A stretch of 64,000 nucleotides of DNA. Origin: Opitutaceae bacterium (lineage in GTDB: Bacteria; Verrucomicrobiota; Verrucomicrobiia; Opitutales; Opitutaceae). Shown here piece by piece: positions 51,607-60,348 of this stretch (position 1 is its first letter; every line of letters starts with the position of its first letter). The DNA is taken from assembly GCA_044226505.1 (NCBI GenBank), contig JBGAGU010000002.1:686559-750558 (forward strand), given 5' to 3'. A model generated the notes under the pieces. That model was not told the origin of the DNA, ran no database searches, and saw only the letters and a program-made list of their open reading frames with translations. A program made the translations under genes and the position numbers.

Positions 51607-52707
51607 ATGCCGGCAAGAGCCCAATCGCCCCGCGAGTCGGCCCATGCCGTCGGAAAAAGCGCAGGCACGGTCAGCCCAGCCGATCCGACGGTAGCTCCCG
51701 ATTGGAATCGGACCATCGGCGCGCTGGGCGGGGCGACCTTTTTCCACACAAGCAACTGGGCAAACGTCCTTTCTCAGACCTATGGCTTTACCCCTGCCTA
51801 TCTCTGGCACATCAACGACGCTGGCGAGCGGTCAGTGATGCCAGCGATGGAGACATCGCAGTGGCTCTTTGGCCGACGCGGTGTTTCGCTACCCTTCACT
51901 GACGAATCCCCTGCTCTGCTGGCGGATGCAGCTGCGATTCGACCCTTGGTTGATGCGACCTTGCGCCAAGGTGCGAGCCGAGCGTGGACGAGCTGGGAAT
52001 TCCATGGCGACCGCCGGTCGCTCGGCATCGAGGACGCCCCTGCCTCGCTATCCTACTTCGGCCATGCGCTTGCCCTGAAAGGTAGCTCCGAGGAACTCTT
52101 CGCCAAGATTGACGGCACCGCGCGGACCGCAATCCGGAAGGCGATCAACCTTGGCGTGTCGGTCGAATTCTCGAACGAGCTCGCCGACCTCCGGGTTTTC
52201 TACGACCAGCTTTGCCGCACCCGCCGCAAACATGGCCTGCCACCGCAGCCATTTCGATTTTTCACCTCCATCCATCGTCACGCGCTTTCAGCCGGGCATG
52301 GCACCGTGGCAATCGCGCGGCGGGGTGGCATCCCCGTGGCCAGCGCCATCTTTTTCCATTTTGGTGCGAGCGCCATCTACAAATTTGCGGCCTCGGATCC
52401 GCTGGCCCGCGAGTCGCAAGCCAACCACCTCGTGCTGTGGCGAGCGATCGAACGCTACGCCAAGGACGGTTTTCATCGCCTCGATTTTGGACGCACATCG
52501 CGGAACAACGACGGCCTGAGGCGCTTCAAGCTGGCATGGCGTCCCACCGAATATGACCTCGACTACACCCGCTATGATTTCCGCCGCGAAGGCTTCGTTG
52601 CAGGCGGAAACGAGCGGACGACCGGATGGCACACCCGCGTCTTCCGACTGCTTCCTCCGTTCGTCTCACGACTGATTGGCGCCATCGCCTACAAGCACAT
52701 GGCCTGA
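51607..52707 (+). CDS. FemAB-like / GNAT (PF13480-type) protein of the kind associated with PEP-CTERM EPS loci
   Basis: ATG 51607 (MPARAQS). Shows FFHTSNWANVLSQTYGFTPAYLW, VSLPFTDESPALL, GTVAIARRGGIPVASAIFFHFGASAIYKFAASD and LDFGRTSRNNDGLRRFKLAW. The family was recognised by pattern only. Confidence 0.7.
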   Translation: MPARAQSPRESAHAVGKSAGTVSPADPTVAPDWNRTIGALGGATFFHTSNWANVLSQTYGFTPAYLWHINDAGERSVMPAMETSQWLFGRRGVSLPFTDESPALLADAAAIRPLVDATLRQGASRAWTSWEFHGDRRSLGIEDAPASLSYFGHALALKGSSEELFAKIDGTARTAIRKAINLGVSVEFSNELADLRVFYDQLCRTRRKHGLPPQPFRFFTSIHRHALSAGHGTVAIARRGGIPVASAIFFHFGASAIYKFAASDPLARESQANHLVLWRAIERYAKDGFHRLDFGRTSRNNDGLRRFKLAWRPTEYDLDYTRYDFRREGFVAGGNERTTGWHTRVFRLLPPFVSRLIGAIAYKHMA

Positions 52708-52784
52708 ACATTCTTCACGTTACACCCGCCTTCAGTTACCGATTTCACCAACCGAGCATGCTTCCCAGGGAAGCCTAAAGCACC

Positions 52785-55013
52785 ATGACAAACCAAACCA
52801 TCCCGGCGGCCCAGAATCTCAATCTCGGGGACATCTACTACATCCTTTTCCGCCATAAGTGGAAAATTCTCCTGTGCTCACTCGCCGGCATCGGCATCGG
52901 CGTCGCCCTCTACAAGACCGAGTCGCCGCCCTTTCAGTCGGAGGCGATGCTCCTCGTGCGCTACATCGTGACTCCCAACACGCCATCCGCTCCAAACCCG
53001 AATGGCCAGAACACCAATGGGGTGAAATCCGCCGACGAACGCGGCGCGACCATCATGAACACCGAGATGACGATCCTGAACAGCGCGGATCTCGCCAAGG
53101 TTGTGGCGGAAATCTACGGGCCCGAGAAAATCCTCGCCAAGACAGGCGGCGGCAAAGACCTGGGCGCAGCCACCGCAGCCGTCCACAACGGACTGCGTGT
53201 TGTGGTGCCGCAGTCCAGCACCGTGCTGCAACTCACCTTTCGTCACCCTGACCCCGACCTCGTCCAACCACTACTCCAAGTCATCATCGAGCAGTATCTC
53301 AAAAAGCATCTCGAGATCCACGGCGCCGGAGGCCTCCTGTCCGAGCAGCAACAGCAGGCTATGGATAGCACGCAACTCCGCCTCAACCAAGCCGAGGACG
53401 AGCTTCGCCGCGCTTTGACTGCTATTGGCGTCACCTCCATAGAAAACGCCAAGGAAGCGGTTGCCGGCCAGATGGCCAGCAATCGCCGCGAGGTCATGAG
53501 CTACGAGACGGAAGTCGCCGGGCGCATCGCCATCCTCGAGGAATTGAAGAAGCGTCTGGAGACTTCGAAGACTCCACCACCGGAGGCCCCCAAGGAGCCC
53601 GAGATCCCCCAGAAGATAATCGACGATCACAAGATCCTCACGATGCGTGTCGGCCGACTCCAGCAGCTTGAGCAGGAGTTGCTTGCGCAGTTCACGCCGG
53701 AAACCATCCGGGTGAAGCTTGCCCAAAGCCAACTCGCGGAAGCCGAAGTCGCGTTGAACAAGCTGCGAGAGCAATACCCTCAGCTCGTGAAGTCCATCCG
53801 GCAGGACCGCGTCATCGGTCCCGACATGGACGCCAGCGAGGCCTCCTCGATTGTGGTGCAAGTTGCGGCCTACAAGGCGAAAATCAAGGAACTCGATACC
53901 CAATATGAGCGGCTCCGTGCCGAAGCCGGGAAATACGAGCGGGCGGAGGCCAACATCCAGGATTTGAAGCGCAAGCGCGACGCAGCTTTCGCGGCCTACA
54001 CCACCGTCAACCAGATAACCGAAACAAACCGCTTCAACCGAGAGATCGGCGCCATCGGCAAGGTTGCAAACATCAACACCGTCCAGTCTCCCTCGCCCTC
54101 GTTCCGCGAGCCCATCAACGTCCGCCGGTCCGCTCTGTTCGCCGTCGCTGGCATTATCGCCGGTCTGGCCTGGGCTTTCCTCGTCGAGCTCTACCTCGAC
54201 CGCTCCGTGCGTCGGCCTCAGGATCTCACGCGCATGCTGCGCGCGCCGCTCTTTCTCACCATCCCGCGGCTGAAGCTAGACCCTCAGCCGCTGGCGCTCG
54301 AAGCGACCGCGAAACCCGCCGACGGGGCGGCATCAACCTCCACGGAGCTCGTCCCGGCCAAGCCGGCCAAGCGCCGCCGCCGCACCCATTCGCTCCAGCC
54401 CTTCCACGAAACCCTGCGCGATCGCCTCATCGGATATTTCGAGAGCCGCAATCTCACCCACAAGCCCAAGCTTGTTGCCGTCACCGGCCTCGGCCACGAG
54501 GCGGGCGTCACGACGACGGCTGCGGGGTTGGCCCGCAGCCTCTCGGAAACCGGCGAGGGCAACGTCCTCCTCGTCGACATGACGGTGGGCGAAGGCGCCG
54601 CCAAGCACTTCGTCAAGGGCCGCGAGGCGTGCGGCCTCGACGAACTCCTGGAGGCGCGCAGCCAGGGCCATGTGCAGGACAACCTCTACGTCGTCACCGA
54701 GAACAACAACAGCGAGCGTCTCTCGCGCAACATGCCGCAGCGCTTCGCGCGTTTGATTCCCAAGCTGAAAGCCAGCGACTTCGACTACATCATCTTCGAC
54801 ATGCCACCGGTCAGCCAGCTCAGCATTACCCCGCGCCTCGCGGGCTACATGGACATGGTGCTGCTGGTCGTGGAGTCTGAATCCACCGACCGCGACCTCG
54901 TCCAGGGCGCGTGCAACCTGCTTGCGGAGTCCAAGGCCCATGTCGGCGTGGTCCTCAACAAGACGCGCAACTACGTCCCGGGAAAGCTCAGCCCGGAACT
55001 GCTCGCCACTTGA
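52785..55013 (+). CDS. Polysaccharide co-polymerase (Wzz/GumC-type chain-length determinant) fused to a BY-kinase-like P-loop domain with a degenerate Walker A
   Basis: N-terminal Wzz region with a TM helix (WKILLCSLAGIGIGVALY), long coiled coils and a second TM helix (ALFAVAGIIAGLAWAFLV). The C-terminal domain has VAVTGLGHEAGVTTTAAGLA (no Lys), VLLVDM and DYIIFDMPP. Confidence 0.85.
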   Translation: MTNQTIPAAQNLNLGDIYYILFRHKWKILLCSLAGIGIGVALYKTESPPFQSEAMLLVRYIVTPNTPSAPNPNGQNTNGVKSADERGATIMNTEMTILNSADLAKVVAEIYGPEKILAKTGGGKDLGAATAAVHNGLRVVVPQSSTVLQLTFRHPDPDLVQPLLQVIIEQYLKKHLEIHGAGGLLSEQQQQAMDSTQLRLNQAEDELRRALTAIGVTSIENAKEAVAGQMASNRREVMSYETEVAGRIAILEELKKRLETSKTPPPEAPKEPEIPQKIIDDHKILTMRVGRLQQLEQELLAQFTPETIRVKLAQSQLAEAEVALNKLREQYPQLVKSIRQDRVIGPDMDASEASSIVVQVAAYKAKIKELDTQYERLRAEAGKYERAEANIQDLKRKRDAAFAAYTTVNQITETNRFNREIGAIGKVANINTVQSPSPSFREPINVRRSALFAVAGIIAGLAWAFLVELYLDRSVRRPQDLTRMLRAPLFLTIPRLKLDPQPLALEATAKPADGAASTSTELVPAKPAKRRRRTHSLQPFHETLRDRLIGYFESRNLTHKPKLVAVTGLGHEAGVTTTAAGLARSLSETGEGNVLLVDMTVGEGAAKHFVKGREACGLDELLEARSQGHVQDNLYVVTENNNSERLSRNMPQRFARLIPKLKASDFDYIIFDMPPVSQLSITPRLAGYMDMVLLVVESESTDRDLVQGACNLLAESKAHVGVVLNKTRNYVPGKLSPELLAT

Positions 55014-55056
55014 ACCCACCGCCCGATTTACCGCCGCCCGCGTTTGCCCGCTCTCG

Positions 55057-57240
55057 ATGCTGAAGAGCCACCAAAAGTTCTACTATGCGCTCAAGCCATT
55101 CCTTCCCTGGCGGCTGAGGATGGCGTTGCGGCGCGTCGCCGCCCGCCGCATCCAGCGCGCATCCAGCACAACCTGGCCAACCGATCCCGCTACGCGGCTT
55201 GCCCCTGACGGCTGGCCCGGCTGGCCCGAAGGGAAAAAATTCGCCGTTGTGCTCACGCACGACGTCGAGGGACCCGCGGGCTTGGAAAAATGCCGCCCGC
55301 TTTTTTCCCTCGAGCGCTCCCTTGGTTTCCGCAGCTCCTTCAACTTCATCCCCGAAGGCGACTATCGGGTGTCACCCGACCTTCGCGCGGAACTGGAGGC
55401 CGCGGGCTTTGAGGTGGGCGTCCATGATTTGCGGCACGATGGAAAGCTCTTCCAGTCCCACGCGCGCTTTCGGGAAAATGCGCGCCGAATCAACCAATAT
55501 GTCCGCGAATGGGGCGCCTCCGGCTATCGCTCCGGCTTCATGTTGCGCAACCTCGACTGGCTGCACGACCTCGACATCCGCTACGACTCCTCGACGTTCG
55601 ATACGGATCCCTTCGAGCTGCAGCCGGACGGGGCGGGCACCATCTTCCCGTTCTGGGTAACGCCGCCGCCCTCGGGCGCGGGCTCCATGTCGCCGTTTGC
55701 CACGAGTGAAAACGCCGCCGCGGCGCGCGGCGGTTACGTCGAGCTCCCCTACACCCTGCCTCAGGACTCAACGCTGTTCCTGGTCCTGCGCGAGAAGTCG
55801 CCCGAGACTTGGATTCGCAAGCTCGATTGGATCGTCGCGCAAGGCGGCATGGTGCTTATGAACGTGCATCCCGACTATGTCCGCTTCGACGGCGAGGCCG
55901 AGTCGTCGCGCACCTACCCGGTGGGGTTTTACGCGCAGGTGCTGGAACACATCCGCCGCAACTACGCCGGGCAGTATTGGCAGGCCCTGCCGCGCGAGGT
56001 CGCGCAGTTCACTGCGTCGATGGCCACCAGGCCCACGCGCCGGCGGGCACGGCGCGTCTGCATGGTCACCCATTCATTCTATGAGAGCGACAATCGCGTG
56101 ACCCGCTATGCCGAGGCGCTGGCCGCTCGCGGCGACCACGTCGACGTCGTCGCGCTGAGGCGTTCCGCCAGCCTCCCGGCACAGGAGGTCATCGAAGGCG
56201 TCAGCGTTGTGCGACTGCAGGATCGGTTCGGCAAGAACGAACAGTCAAAGCTCTCCTACCTCTGGCCGCTCGTGCGGTTCCTGTTCCGCTCCGCGAGTTG
56301 GATCACCTGCCAGAACCGCCAGCAACGCTACGACCTCGTGCACGTGCACAACATGCCGGATTTCCTCATCTTCGCGGCCTGGCACCCGCGGTTGACCGGG
56401 GCCAGGATCATCCTGGATATCCACGACATCGTGCCCGAGTTCTACGCCAGCAAGTTCAGCCGCGGGAAGTCCTCCATCACCATCTCCGCGCTCAAGCTCG
56501 TGGAACGCTGGTCGGCGCACTTTGCCCACCATGTGATCGTCTCGAACCACCTTTGGTTGGAAAAATTCCGCGCCCGCACGCACATGGAGGATCGCTGCTC
56601 GGTCTTCATCAACAACGTCGACTCCCGCATCTTTCAGCCCCAGCCGCGCACGCGGACCGACGACAAACTGATCGTCATCTTCCCCGGCGGACTCCAGTGG
56701 CACCAGGGCCTCGACATCGCGCTCGACGCCTTCGCCACCGTGAAGGCGCGGTTGCCGCAGGCTGAGTTCCACATCTACGGCGACGGCAACATGAAGCCCT
56801 CCCTGGTCGAGCAGGCCCAGCGGCTCGGCTTCAATGGCAGCGTCAAATTTTTCGAGCCCGTGGGCGTGCGCCAAGTCGCGCGCATCATGGCCGCCGCTGA
56901 TCTCGGCATCGTGCCCAAGCGCGCCGATTCCTTCGGCAACGAGGCCTACAGCACGAAGATCATGGAGTTCATGTCGGTCGGAATTCCGGTCGTCATTTCC
57001 CGCACCAAGATCGATCAATTTTATTTCAACGACTCGGTCGTGCGCTTCTTCGACTCGGGCAACGCCGCCGCGCTGGCCGAAGGCATGATCGAGGTCCTCG
57101 AAAATCCCGAGCGCCGGCGGCGCATGGTCGCCAACGCGCTCGCCTATTCCGACGAGCACAGCTGGAAGCGTCGCAAGACCGACTATCTGCGCATCGCCGA
57201 CGACCTCATCGCCGGCACGCCCCCCAAGCCCGCCACATGA
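55057..57240 (+). CDS. Fusion protein: polysaccharide deacetylase-like N-domain + GT4 glycosyltransferase C-domain
   Basis: ATG 55057 (MLKSHQKFYY). N-domain shows FAVVLTHDVEGPAG, FNFIPEG and VGVHDLRHDG. C-domain shows VCMVTHSFYESDNRVTRYAEALA, VHVHNMPDFL, FPGGLQWHQGLD and the GT4 E-x7-E motif GNEAYSTKIMEFMSVGIPVV. Confidence 0.8.
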   Translation: MLKSHQKFYYALKPFLPWRLRMALRRVAARRIQRASSTTWPTDPATRLAPDGWPGWPEGKKFAVVLTHDVEGPAGLEKCRPLFSLERSLGFRSSFNFIPEGDYRVSPDLRAELEAAGFEVGVHDLRHDGKLFQSHARFRENARRINQYVREWGASGYRSGFMLRNLDWLHDLDIRYDSSTFDTDPFELQPDGAGTIFPFWVTPPPSGAGSMSPFATSENAAAARGGYVELPYTLPQDSTLFLVLREKSPETWIRKLDWIVAQGGMVLMNVHPDYVRFDGEAESSRTYPVGFYAQVLEHIRRNYAGQYWQALPREVAQFTASMATRPTRRRARRVCMVTHSFYESDNRVTRYAEALAARGDHVDVVALRRSASLPAQEVIEGVSVVRLQDRFGKNEQSKLSYLWPLVRFLFRSASWITCQNRQQRYDLVHVHNMPDFLIFAAWHPRLTGARIILDIHDIVPEFYASKFSRGKSSITISALKLVERWSAHFAHHVIVSNHLWLEKFRARTHMEDRCSVFINNVDSRIFQPQPRTRTDDKLIVIFPGGLQWHQGLDIALDAFATVKARLPQAEFHIYGDGNMKPSLVEQAQRLGFNGSVKFFEPVGVRQVARIMAAADLGIVPKRADSFGNEAYSTKIMEFMSVGIPVVISRTKIDQFYFNDSVVRFFDSGNAAALAEGMIEVLENPERRRRMVANALAYSDEHSWKRRKTDYLRIADDLIAGTPPKPAT

Positions 57241-58436
57241 AAGCCCGCATCGAACAGAGCCTTCTCGGCGTGCAACGATGGGTCGAGGCCCGCGGCTACC
57301 GCGGCTACGATCCGGGCGACGGCCTCACCTCCTTCCTGCGCCCGCTCACGTTCGGGCACCTGTTCGCCGAGCGCCTGCTTCAGCAGGCGATCTGGAAATC
57401 CCCGATTAACATCCGCCCGCTCGTGGGCGTGAAGCCGCTCGATTCCACCAAGGGCCGTGGCTTCATGGCCTGGGGCCACGCCCTTCTGCACCAAGCCACT
57501 GGTGACGACAGTCACCGCGCGAAAGCGTTCGCGTGCCTCGACTGGCTGGACCACGCGCGCGAGGCCGGCTACGCGGGCCACTGCTGGGGCAACCACTTCG
57601 ACTTCTCCACGCGCAGCGGCTGCATGAAAGCCCATACGCCCACCATCGTGTGGTCGGGCCTCATCGGCCAGGCGTTTGTCGCCGCCTACGAGCGCTTCCG
57701 CGAGCCGCGCCACCTCGAGATCGCCGACAGCATCTGCCGGTGGATCCTCACGCTGCCGCGCGAGACCACGCCCACCGGGGCCTGCCTCAGCTACACCGGC
57801 GTCTTCCAAAACTCCGTCCACAACTCCAACCTCCTCGGCGCGGCGCTCCTCGCGAAGACCGGCCGCCTGACGGGCAACACCCGCTACCTCGAGGTCGCGC
57901 GCGACGCCGCCCGCTACAGTTGCGAGCGGCTCCGCCCCGACGGCTCGTGGTGGTATGGCGAGGACCCGAAATACCACTGGATCGATAACTTTCACACGGC
58001 CTACAACCTCGACAGCCTCCGCCGCTACATCGACGCCACGGGCGACCGCTCCTTCGACTCGCACCTCGCGCGCGGCTACGAGTATTTCAAGGCGACCTTT
58101 TTCGAACCTTCGGGCCGCCCGCGTTACTACCACGACCGCACCTATCCCGTGGACATCCAGTGCGCCTCGCAGGCCATCGACACCTTCGCCTTCTTCTCCG
58201 ATCGCGATCCGGCCGCGCTGTCTGTCGCGATGAAGGTCGCCGACTGGACCATCTCGAACATGCAGGACCGCACCGGCTACTTCTATTATCGCGAGTATCC
58301 GCTGATGAAGGCGCGCACGCCCTACTTTCACTGGGGCCAGGCGACGATGTTCAAGGCGCTCTCGCACCTGCTGGTGAAGCTCGGCCCCGCCGGGACCGCC
58401 GCCCGCGAGCCGGCTTTCGCCGCCACCGCCTCATGA
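57237..58436 (+). CDS. Hypothetical protein, probably an all-alpha (alpha/alpha-toroid-like) EPS-modifying enzyme
   Basis: 399-aa ORF translationally coupled to its neighbours (ATGA overlaps on both sides). Shows GHCWGNHFDFSTRSG, NSNLLGAALLA, DGSWWYGED and WIDNFHTAYNLDSL. The fold assignment is a guess. Confidence 0.55.
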   Translation: MKARIEQSLLGVQRWVEARGYRGYDPGDGLTSFLRPLTFGHLFAERLLQQAIWKSPINIRPLVGVKPLDSTKGRGFMAWGHALLHQATGDDSHRAKAFACLDWLDHAREAGYAGHCWGNHFDFSTRSGCMKAHTPTIVWSGLIGQAFVAAYERFREPRHLEIADSICRWILTLPRETTPTGACLSYTGVFQNSVHNSNLLGAALLAKTGRLTGNTRYLEVARDAARYSCERLRPDGSWWYGEDPKYHWIDNFHTAYNLDSLRRYIDATGDRSFDSHLARGYEYFKATFFEPSGRPRYYHDRTYPVDIQCASQAIDTFAFFSDRDPAALSVAMKVADWTISNMQDRTGYFYYREYPLMKARTPYFHWGQATMFKALSHLLVKLGPAGTAAREPAFAATAS

Positions 58437-59371
58437 GCGCCCGCCTGAAATACGTGCTCGTCACGCCCGCGCGCAACGAGGCCGCCTTCATCGAGGGCAC
58501 CATCAAATCCGTCGTCGCCCAGACCGCGCGCCCGGAAAAGTGGGTCATCGTCAGCGACGGCTCCAGCGACGGCACCGACGATATCGTGAAGCGCCACGCC
58601 GCCCAGCACCCGTGGATCGAGCTCCTGCGGATGCCGGAGCACCGCGACCGCACCTTTGCCGCCAAGGCCAACTGCTTCGCCGCCGGCTTTGCGCGCCTGG
58701 CCGGCACCGACTACGACCTCGTGGGCAACCTCGACGCCGACATCACGATGGGCCCCGACTACTACGAGTTCCTGCTCGCGCGCTTCGCGGAACGCCCGCG
58801 GCTCGGCGTCGCCGGCACGCCCTTTGTCGAGGACGAGTCGAAACCGCACGAGCACAGCTACGCGCACGGCTCGGCGAACCTCACGCACGTCTCCGGAGCG
58901 TGCCAGATTTTCCGCAAGCCGTGCTTCGCCGAGGTCGGGGGCTACGTCCCGATCAAGGGCGGCGCGATCGACTGGATTGCGGTCACGACCGCACGCATGA
59001 AGGGCTGGGAAACGCGCACCTTCCTCGAGCGCGTTTGCTTTCACCATCGGAAGATCGGCACGGGCAACCACAGCCCGCTCATGGCTCGATTCCACTACGG
59101 GCGAAAAGCCTACTACGTCGGCGGCCACCCGTTGTGGGAGACACTGCGCGGGCTGTTCCAATTCCGCGAGGCGCCATTCCTCATCGGCTCGGTCTGGTTC
59201 GTGGCCGGCTACTGGTGGGCGTGCCTCACGCGGATGCCGCGCCCGGTGTCCCGCGAGCTGATGGCGTTTCATCGCGGCGAACAGATGGCGCGGCTGCGCC
59301 AGCTCCTGCGGCTCGAAAAGAAACCCGCGCCTCCGACGACACCCGGGGCGATGTCCGGCACGCGAGCATGA
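58433..59371 (+). CDS. Glycosyltransferase family 2
   Basis: ATG 58433 (MSARLKYVLVTPARNEAAFIEGTIKSVVAQT), VIVSDGSSDGTDDIV and a DxD-like NLDADI. Confidence 0.85.
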   Translation: MSARLKYVLVTPARNEAAFIEGTIKSVVAQTARPEKWVIVSDGSSDGTDDIVKRHAAQHPWIELLRMPEHRDRTFAAKANCFAAGFARLAGTDYDLVGNLDADITMGPDYYEFLLARFAERPRLGVAGTPFVEDESKPHEHSYAHGSANLTHVSGACQIFRKPCFAEVGGYVPIKGGAIDWIAVTTARMKGWETRTFLERVCFHHRKIGTGNHSPLMARFHYGRKAYYVGGHPLWETLRGLFQFREAPFLIGSVWFVAGYWWACLTRMPRPVSRELMAFHRGEQMARLRQLLRLEKKPAPPTTPGAMSGTRA

Positions 59372-60309
59372 TCACCCCGGCACCCGGCACCACCAAGGAC
59401 GGCGCGCCGGATGCGATTCAACCGCATCTCAGCGTCTGTATCTGCACCTTCAAGCGTCCCGTGCTGCTGCGGCGGCTGCTCGAGGAGCTGGAGAAGCAGG
59501 AAACCGGCGGGGCGTTCAGCTATTCGATCGTCGTCGCGGACAACGACGCGACCCGATCCGCCGAAGCGCTCGTCGCAGAGTTTGCCGCGCGCTCGCCCGG
59601 TCGTGTCACCTACTGCTGCGAGCCCACGCAGAACATCGCCCTCGTGCGCAACCGCGCGATCGCGCACGCCCGCGGCGACTTTCTCGTCTTCATCGACGAC
59701 GACGAGTTTCCCGTGCCCGCGTGGCTCGCGGAGCTTTGGAAAACCTGCGAGTCGCACCGCGTCTCCGGCGTGCTCGGCCCCGTGCGGCCGCACTTCGATT
59801 CACCGCCGCCGGCGTGGCTCATCAGGGGCCGGTTTTGCGAGCGCCCCGAGTTTCCCACCGGGACGCCGCTCGCGTGGTCGCAGTGCCGCACGGGCAATGT
59901 GCTGTTCCGGCGTGCCATTCTGCCGGCGGATACCCCGCCGTTTCGCGAGCAGTTCGGCACCGGCGGCGAGGACGTCGATTTCTTCCAGCGCATGAGCGCC
60001 GCCGGCGCAAAGTTCATCTGGTGCAATGAGGCGGTCGCCTACGAGACCGTGCCGCCCTCGCGCTGGACGCGCAGCTACATGCTGCGGCGCGCCCTGCTCC
60101 GGGGTAAAAACAGCCTGAAGATTGGCCGGGGCCGTCTCCTGCTGATGGTGAAGTCCCTCGTGGCCGTGCCACTCTACGGCATCGTGCTGCCTTTTTCGCT
60201 GCTCGCCGGCCACCACCGCTTCATGCACCTCCTCATCCGGTGCTGCGATCACGTGGGCCGATTGCTGGCCGCCGTCGGGCTTCATCCGATGGAAGCGCGG
60301 CCGATGTAA
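59368..60309 (+). CDS. Glycosyltransferase family 2
   Basis: ATG 59368. Shows LSVCICTFKRPVLLRRLLEEL, IVVADNDATRSA, FIDDDEFP and GGEDVDFF, with a C-terminal TM segment. Confidence 0.85.
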   Translation: MITPAPGTTKDGAPDAIQPHLSVCICTFKRPVLLRRLLEELEKQETGGAFSYSIVVADNDATRSAEALVAEFAARSPGRVTYCCEPTQNIALVRNRAIAHARGDFLVFIDDDEFPVPAWLAELWKTCESHRVSGVLGPVRPHFDSPPPAWLIRGRFCERPEFPTGTPLAWSQCRTGNVLFRRAILPADTPPFREQFGTGGEDVDFFQRMSAAGAKFIWCNEAVAYETVPPSRWTRSYMLRRALLRGKNSLKIGRGRLLLMVKSLVAVPLYGIVLPFSLLAGHHRFMHLLIRCCDHVGRLLAAVGLHPMEARPM

Positions 60310-60348
60310 CTCCTTCAGCGCCCGCCCACTTTGCTCGCCTCCATCTCC

